Of a DNA stretch of 32,000 bases, positions 27,010 through 32,000 are shown piece by piece (position 1 is the first letter of the stretch; every line of letters begins with the position of its first letter). The notes beneath the pieces are model-generated. The model saw only the letters and a program-made list of their open reading frames with translations, searched no databases and was not told the DNA's origin. Source of the stretch: Delftia acidovorans NBRC 14950. Its GTDB lineage: Bacteria; Pseudomonadota; Gammaproteobacteria; Burkholderiales; Burkholderiaceae_C. A program made the position numbers and the translations under genes. The DNA lies in NCBI RefSeq assembly GCF_001598795.1, contig NZ_BCZP01000026.1:30001-62000 (forward strand). Reading direction: 5' to 3'.

Positions 27010-27142
27010 AGACCGCAAAGCATACCGTGCGACCCGGGGTCTGTTCCGGCTCATCCGGCCATCGCGTTGCCCCGCTGCGGGGCCACAGGCATGGCACACT
27101 TGCGACGGCGCCCACGAGACAAGGCGCCAGAGGAACACCGAC

Positions 27143-27838
27143 ATGAGCTACGTTTTCAACCCGCCCGCCGTGGCCAGCGTACCCGTCCTGGGCCGCCCCG
27201 AGCGTTTTCCCGTGCACCGCATCTACTGCGTGGGCCGCAACTACGAAGAGCACGCCAAGGAGATGGGCTTCACTGGCCGCGAGCCGCCCTTCTTCTTCCT
27301 CAAGCCTGCCGACGCCATCGTGCCCGTCGAGGCCGGCACCACGGGCACCATGCCCTACCCCACGCTGACCTCCAACCTGCACCACGAGATCGAGCTCGTC
27401 GTGGCCATCGGCAAGGCGGGCAAGAACATCCTGGCCGCCGACGCGCTGGACTACATCTGGGGCTACGCCGTGGGCCTGGACATGACGCGCCGCGACCTTC
27501 AGAACGACATGAAGAAACAGGGCCGCCCCTGGTGCATCGGCAAGGCCTTCGAGCATGCCGCGCCCATCGGTCCCATCACCCCGGCAGCCGAGGCCGGCGA
27601 CATCGCCAAGGCCACGATCTCGCTGCAGGTCAATGGCGCCGACCGCCAGCGCAGCGACATCGGCAAGCTGATCTGGAACATTGCCGAGACCATCGAGCAC
27701 CTGTCGGCCGCCTGGGAACTGCAGCCCGGCGACCTGATCATGACGGGCACGCCCGAAGGCGTGGCCGCCGTGGTGCGCGGTGACCTGCTGGAAGGCCGCA
27801 TCGATGGCCTGAGCCCCTTGAGCGTCAAGATCGCCTGA
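27143..27838 (+). CDS. fumarylacetoacetate hydrolase family protein (short, fumarylpyruvate-hydrolase-like)
   Basis: GAGGAA SD before ATG 27143. Motifs CVGRNYEEHAKEMG, HHEIELVVAIGK and GDLIMTGTPEGV are present. 231 aa. Divergent from maiA. Confidence 0.88.
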   Translation: MSYVFNPPAVASVPVLGRPERFPVHRIYCVGRNYEEHAKEMGFTGREPPFFFLKPADAIVPVEAGTTGTMPYPTLTSNLHHEIELVVAIGKAGKNILAADALDYIWGYAVGLDMTRRDLQNDMKKQGRPWCIGKAFEHAAPIGPITPAAEAGDIAKATISLQVNGADRQRSDIGKLIWNIAETIEHLSAAWELQPGDLIMTGTPEGVAAVVRGDLLEGRIDGLSPLSVKIA

Positions 27839-27858
27839 GATCCCTGTGCCTGGCGACA

Positions 27859-27911
27859 GGCCGGCAAGGCAGCGGGGAGCGCGCTCCCCGGCCTGCCGGC
27901 CTTCGTTTTTC
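27859..27911 (+). terminator. intrinsic terminator after the FAH-family gene
   Basis: Long GC stem centred on the perfect palindrome GGGGAGCGCGCTCCCC, flanked by GGCCGGCAAGGC / GCCTGCCGGCC and followed by TTCGTTTTTCT. Confidence 0.75.
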
Positions 27912-27985
27912 TGAACCCACAGTCCGCCGCACGGAATGCCTTCCTGCCTTCCGTCTGGCGGCGCTTTCACTTCCATGGTGTCGGC

Positions 27986-28549
27986 ATGATTTTTCGCAGC
28001 CCCATCAAGTTCTGCCGAGCCTGCGGCACGGCCGTGGTCTACCGCATTCCCGACGATGGCGACACGCGCGAACGCGCCGTGTGCCCGCACTGCCACACCA
28101 TCCATTACGAGAATCCGCTGAACGTGGTCGGCACCATCCCCGTCACCGACGACGGCCGCGTGCTGCTGTGCAAGCGCAACATCGAGCCGCGCCGGGGCCT
28201 GTGGACCCTGCCTGCCGGCTTCATGGAACTGGCCGAGACCACGGCGCGCGGCGCCCAGCGCGAGACCGATGAGGAAGCCGGTGCCGACATCGAGATGGGG
28301 CCGCTGTTTTCCATCGTTGACGTGCCCAAGGTCAGCCAAGTCCACCTGTTCTACCGCGCCCGCCTGCGCAGCGAGCAGTTCTATCCAGGCCCGGAGACCA
28401 TGGAGGCCCGCCTCTTTGCCGAGGCCGAGATTCCCTGGGAGGAACTGGCCTTTCGCACCGTGCGCGTGACGCTGGAGCGCTACTTCGAGGACCGTGCGGC
28501 CGGCCTGCTTGACGCGCACCGCGTGCACTCCATCGACCTGAGCCTGTAG
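27986..28549 (+). CDS. Nudix hydrolase with N-terminal zinc ribbon
   Basis: Nudix box GFMELAETTARGAQRETDEEAG. N-terminal CRAC...CPHC zinc-ribbon pair. 187 aa. Confidence 0.87.
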   Translation: MIFRSPIKFCRACGTAVVYRIPDDGDTRERAVCPHCHTIHYENPLNVVGTIPVTDDGRVLLCKRNIEPRRGLWTLPAGFMELAETTARGAQRETDEEAGADIEMGPLFSIVDVPKVSQVHLFYRARLRSEQFYPGPETMEARLFAEAEIPWEELAFRTVRVTLERYFEDRAAGLLDAHRVHSIDLSL

Positions 28550-28784
28550 GCGCACCACCGTGCTGCACGGCAGTGCCGGACGCGCCCCGGTGACGCCAGG
28601 CCATGCCCCGGCGTGGCGCCGATGGGGCTGCGGGTGGGGCTGTGGATGGGGGGCCGTCATCCCTGTGTCACCTTGCAGACACATTTAGTCACAAACTGGC
28701 CTTCTTCTTGCTCGTTGCATCAGGCTTTTCCCTGATCGGGGAAAGCGGGTTTCACCCAGCCTGAACCTGACTGCGGAGCGCTCC

Positions 28785-31703
28785 ATGGCCACATCCCTGC
28801 CAACCGACCTGATTCTTCCCCACCTGCGGGAACTCAACCGCAACGCCGCCGACCTGCGCGAAATACGGCTCATGTGGCGGCTCATCGAAGCCTCGGCCCG
28901 CATGCAGGCATCGCAGCAGGGGCAGGCCCTGGTGTCCATGCTCACCGACACGCGCCAGGGACTGGAGCAGCTGGAGCAAGGCCTGCTGCAGTCGCAGCTG
29001 GCGCAATCCGCGCAGGAGGCCATGGCCCAGCTGGGCATGCAGTCCGCCCATGCCATCGACCTGCTGGTGCGAAGCCTGTACGAGCGCACGGCCGATGTCG
29101 GCTTTCTCGCCGCCGATACCGTGCTGTGCGAGGCCATGGCCCGGCTTGACGATGGCGATGGCGATGGCGATGGCGATGGCGATGGCGATGGCGATGGCGA
29201 TGATTGTGGCCTGCCCGACATGGCGGCCGGCGGTCTGCGCGCATGGCAGGCACCGCTGCAGGCGCACTTGCAGGCCCACCTCCAGAGCTACCGAGCCAAG
29301 TACACGGTGTATGACGACATCCTGCTGCTGGACACGCAGGGCCAGGTCTGCGCACGTGCCCAGGCGCAGGCAGGCCGCAAGCCGCCACCGCCCTGTGCCG
29401 AGGCCTGGTTCCAGCAGTCCCTGCAGCAGGCCGGCCATGTCAGCCATTTCGGCGCCAGTTGCGTGCTGCCGGGCGCTGACCGCCTGATCTACGCGCAGCG
29501 CTTGCTGCACCCACGCACCATGGCGGTGCTCGGCGTGCTGTGCCTGAGCTTCGACTTCGCCGCCGAGATGCAGGCCATCTTTGCCTCGGGCGGGCCGCGC
29601 GCCCAGGTGGGACTGCTGCTGGACGACGGCGGACTGGTCATCGCCAGCAGCGACGCCCACTGGATAGCCCCCGGCAGCCGCGTGCCCATGCACCATGGTG
29701 ATGCCGTACAGCCGCTGATCCATGCAGGCCGCACCTACCTGGTGCGCACGGCGCGCGCCCTGCCCTACCAGGGCTATGCGGGGCCGCAGGGCTGGCAGAC
29801 CCAGGTGATGGCACCGCTGGACCTGGCCTTCGCCACGCAGCAAAGACCGCAGGTCCTGCAGGCGCTGGAGCCGGCCATTGCCGAGGGGCTGATGGCCCAG
29901 GCGCGCGGCTTTTGCCCGCCGCTGCACGCCATGGCCCGCGCGGCCGACGACATACGCCGCGTGGTCTGGAATGGCCAGGTGCTGGCTGCCAGCCAGGCGC
30001 CGGAGTCCCCGGTGCAGGGCACGGCCCACCCGGACCCGCTGCAGGCCGTGCTGGAGCAGATGGGCGAGACCGGCGACCTGACCCATGCCGTGTTCACACG
30101 CGCCATTCACGGCCTGCACGAGACCGCGCTGTCCACCCGGCTGCAGGAGCACAGCACGCTGAACCGGCTGCTGATGGACCTGCTGGAGCGCAATCTCTAT
30201 GAACGTGCCAACGACTGCCGCTGGTGGGCCCTGACACCCGGCCTGCAAAAGGTGCTGGAGGACAACAGCGGCTGCCTTGCCCTGTCGGTACAGGCCCACG
30301 ACAGCGCGCAGCGGCTGCTGGAGCAGCTCAATGCGCTGTACACCGTCTATGCACGCATTGCGCTGTACGACGCCCAGGGCCTGGTGCTGGCCTGCAGCCA
30401 TGAGGACGAGGCCGGCCTGCCCCTGGCTCCCGGCACGCGCGTGCAGGCATCGGCCCTGCAGGCCACTGTGCTGCTGCGCGATGCCCAGGCCTACCACGTG
30501 CAGGAGATGGACGATGGAGGCCTGCCCGTCCATGTCTACCATGCCGCGCTGCGCGCGCCATCGCCTGGGAGTGAACAGACGCACGGACATGCACACGGCG
30601 GCGATCAGGGCCCCGTCATCGGCGGCATCGCCCTGCTGTTCCACACGCGGCGGGAGCTGCAGGCCATGCTGCAGGCCGCAGCGCCAGAGCAGGCGACAAC
30701 GGCAGAGCACGCTGCAGCCACCGATCCCGAAGACAGCGGCCTGCCGCGCCTGCCGATGGAAGCGTTCTACGTGGCGCGTGACGGGCGCATCGTCGCTGCC
30801 AGCCATGGCGGGCGCCCGCTGGGCAGCTGCATCGCAGGCGTGGCCGGCCTGGCATCGCTGGCCGATGGCGAGGTGCGCAGCAGCATCGAGGAGATCGAAG
30901 GCCACTACTGCATCGTCGGCATGGCCGCCGGGCGCGGCTACCGCGAGTTCCGTCTGGACCAGGGCGCGGCACGCGATGCAAAAGAAAGCGCAACGGACGA
31001 CACACTGGCCGGCCTCGTCAGCCTGAGCCTGCAGCGGCTGGGCCCCGTGCATGCCGATGCGCGCAACCGCGCGCTGCGCCTGGCGTCGGCCACCCGGCTG
31101 GATGGCGCCCGGCCCGCTACGCACGGGCACGGGCACGGGCACGGGCACGGGCACGGGCACGGGCGCGCCGCGCATGGCAGCGGCGACGCGCCTGTGGAAC
31201 TGGCCAGCTTCTACGTGGGCGCCAGCCTGCTGGCCCTGCGCGCGGGCGATGTCTGCGAGGCCCTGCCCGCCAGCGCCATCTCGCCCGTGGCGGCAGGAAG
31301 GCTGCCGTTTTGCGTGGGCGCGCTGGCACGGCGCAGCCAGGGCAGCGTCAGCGGCTATGTCTGGGTGTTCGACCTGGCCGCGCTGCTGCAGGGCCAGCCC
31401 GGCGTGGTCACCGAGCAGTCACAGGTCATCGTGGTCCAGCATGGCGGCCTGCGCGTGGGCCTGCTGGTCAGCGCGCTGCAGGGCGTGCACCGGCTGCCAG
31501 CCAGCGCGCTGGTGGATTCGCCCATGCTGAACGCGGCCGACACCGCGACGGCCCTGGTGCGCAAGCTGGTGCATGCCGATTCGGGCCTGCCGCTGATCCA
31601 GTGCCTGGACCCCGCCGCGCTGATGCGAAGGCTGCAGCCTTCGCGCGTTGCCGCCGCCAATGCCGATCGCAATGCGGTCAGCGTGGAAAGAGAGGCGGCG
31701 TAG
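28785..31703 (+). CDS. soluble multidomain signalling protein: two tandem Cache/PAS-like sensor modules plus a C-terminal CheW-like domain
   Basis: 972-aa ORF with GGAG 6 nt before the ATG and no hydrophobic TM or signal segment. Internal duplication: SLYERTADVGFLA...YTVYDDILLLDTQGQV versus NLYERANDCRWWA...YTVYARIALYDAQGLV. The last ~150 aa follow the CheW pattern (FYVGASLLALRAGDVCEA / YVWVFDLAALL / VIVVQHGGLRVGLLVSALQGV / LIQCLDPAALM). Confidence 0.85.
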   Translation: MATSLPTDLILPHLRELNRNAADLREIRLMWRLIEASARMQASQQGQALVSMLTDTRQGLEQLEQGLLQSQLAQSAQEAMAQLGMQSAHAIDLLVRSLYERTADVGFLAADTVLCEAMARLDDGDGDGDGDGDGDGDGDDCGLPDMAAGGLRAWQAPLQAHLQAHLQSYRAKYTVYDDILLLDTQGQVCARAQAQAGRKPPPPCAEAWFQQSLQQAGHVSHFGASCVLPGADRLIYAQRLLHPRTMAVLGVLCLSFDFAAEMQAIFASGGPRAQVGLLLDDGGLVIASSDAHWIAPGSRVPMHHGDAVQPLIHAGRTYLVRTARALPYQGYAGPQGWQTQVMAPLDLAFATQQRPQVLQALEPAIAEGLMAQARGFCPPLHAMARAADDIRRVVWNGQVLAASQAPESPVQGTAHPDPLQAVLEQMGETGDLTHAVFTRAIHGLHETALSTRLQEHSTLNRLLMDLLERNLYERANDCRWWALTPGLQKVLEDNSGCLALSVQAHDSAQRLLEQLNALYTVYARIALYDAQGLVLACSHEDEAGLPLAPGTRVQASALQATVLLRDAQAYHVQEMDDGGLPVHVYHAALRAPSPGSEQTHGHAHGGDQGPVIGGIALLFHTRRELQAMLQAAAPEQATTAEHAAATDPEDSGLPRLPMEAFYVARDGRIVAASHGGRPLGSCIAGVAGLASLADGEVRSSIEEIEGHYCIVGMAAGRGYREFRLDQGAARDAKESATDDTLAGLVSLSLQRLGPVHADARNRALRLASATRLDGARPATHGHGHGHGHGHGHGRAAHGSGDAPVELASFYVGASLLALRAGDVCEALPASAISPVAAGRLPFCVGALARRSQGSVSGYVWVFDLAALLQGQPGVVTEQSQVIVVQHGGLRVGLLVSALQGVHRLPASALVDSPMLNAADTATALVRKLVHADSGLPLIQCLDPAALMRRLQPSRVAAANADRNAVSVEREAA
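29151..29201 (+). repeat. perfect hexanucleotide microsatellite (GATGGC)x8 plus a partial unit, in frame, encoding (DG)8
   Basis: Counted directly: eight uninterrupted GATGGC units at 29151-29198, then GAT. Lies within the first sensor module. Confidence 0.98.
31122..31163 (+). repeat. perfect hexanucleotide microsatellite (CACGGG)x7, in frame, encoding (HG)7
   Basis: Counted directly: seven uninterrupted CACGGG units. They lie in the linker just before the CheW-like domain. Confidence 0.98.
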
Positions 31704-31738
31704 CCCGGGCCTGTCGGGTGTGCCGCGCCTTTAGCGCC

Positions 31739-32000
31739 TCAAAGGCCCCAGTGGCGCAGGCCCGGCAACGCGGCCTGCGCTGCCTCGTAGCCTTCGTCGA
31801 TGGCCTCGCGGGCGCGGTGGAAGTCCAGCAGGCCCAGGTGGGACAGGCGCGGCGCGATCACCAGCTCGGGCGGGTCGCCCGCCATGCGGCTGCGCGTGAT
31901 GCGCATCTGCATGATGTTGACGCTGGTCATCACCACGTCCAGCAGCGAGGGCGGACGGGGCGGGGGCTCGGTCTCGCGGCCTGCCTCGTCGCGGTGGTGG
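31739..32000 (-). CDS. 3' part of a CDS running off the right edge; C-terminus resembles patatin-like phospholipases (RssA type)
   Basis: The frame stays open to base 32000; the 31936 start in the ORF track is an internal GTG. The tail ...ELVIAPRLSHLGLLDFHRAREAIDEGYEAAQAAL was matched by eye only. Confidence 0.4.
   Translation of the reverse strand, partial: HHRDEAGRETEPPPRPPSLLDVVMTSVNIMQMRITRSRMAGDPPELVIAPRLSHLGLLDFHRAREAIDEGYEAAQAALPGLRHWGL

Noticed and set aside
29151-29201. Hexamer repeats at 29151 and 31122 as a CRISPR array or an on/off phase-variation switch
   Set aside because: The units are 6 nt with no spacers, so this is not CRISPR. The unit length is a multiple of three, so slippage changes peptide length but cannot frameshift the gene.
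28752-31175. 807-aa minus-strand ORF opposite the sensor-CheW gene, which reads the repeats as (IA)n
   Set aside because: The + strand frame has an SD, an internal domain duplication and a CheW-like C-terminus. The minus-strand frame has no motifs and extends upstream of any plausible start signal.
1-32000. Mobile elements, prophage, defence islands, rRNA/tRNA genes
   Set aside because: No transposase, integrase or recombinase-like ORFs, no terminal inverted repeats flanking gene blocks, and no tRNA-like cloverleaf candidates in the intergenic regions. Composition is uniform apart from two short AT-rich regulatory islands. The window looks like stable core chromosome.

Overview
High-GC (about two thirds G+C) betaproteobacterial chromosome segment. 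Gene content and order look like Comamonadaceae. The 630-aa PhaC with an internal Ala/Pro-rich insertion suggests Delftia/Comamonas, but that is inference only. Almost all of it is core metabolism. Left to right: an unusual methyl-accepting chemotaxis protein; a lysine-biosynthesis cluster dapC-dapD-(pilU-like ATPase)-dapE-prmB; a LysR regulator followed by acyl-CoA synthetase, acyl-CoA dehydrogenase and a Bug/TctC binding protein; an ABC-F ATPase; an rpiR-aapJ-aapQ-aapM-like operon ending in an isoaspartyl peptidase/asparaginase gene, with no ABC ATPase gene; the phaC-phaA-phaB PHA operon on the minus strand; pgeF/maiA divergent from a FAH-family hydrolase; a Nudix hydrolase; a 972-aa soluble protein; and a partial patatin-like gene at the right edge. 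I saw no rRNA, tRNA, CRISPR array, transposase, integrase or phage genes. Two loci are worth following up. (1) The 718-bp gap between the asparaginase-like gene and phaB holds two paralogous mini-genes (38 and 19 aa). Each sits behind the same GTCAACC-N16-CGTT-N27-ATG block, and both end in a shared WPxD[DE]RDRKR tail whose codons differ mostly synonymously. (2) The 972-aa protein has two tandem Cache/PAS-like sensor modules fused to a C-terminal CheW-like domain, with no receptor signalling domain. It also carries two perfect in-frame hexanucleotide microsatellites encoding (DG)8 and (HG)7. Smaller observations are listed separately: operator-like palindromes in an AT-rich island at rpiR, an MCP with a cytoplasmic C-terminal sensor domain, the PhaC insertion, a G-rich tract and phased repeats. 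All domain calls were made by eye from the translations and need HMM or BLAST confirmation.
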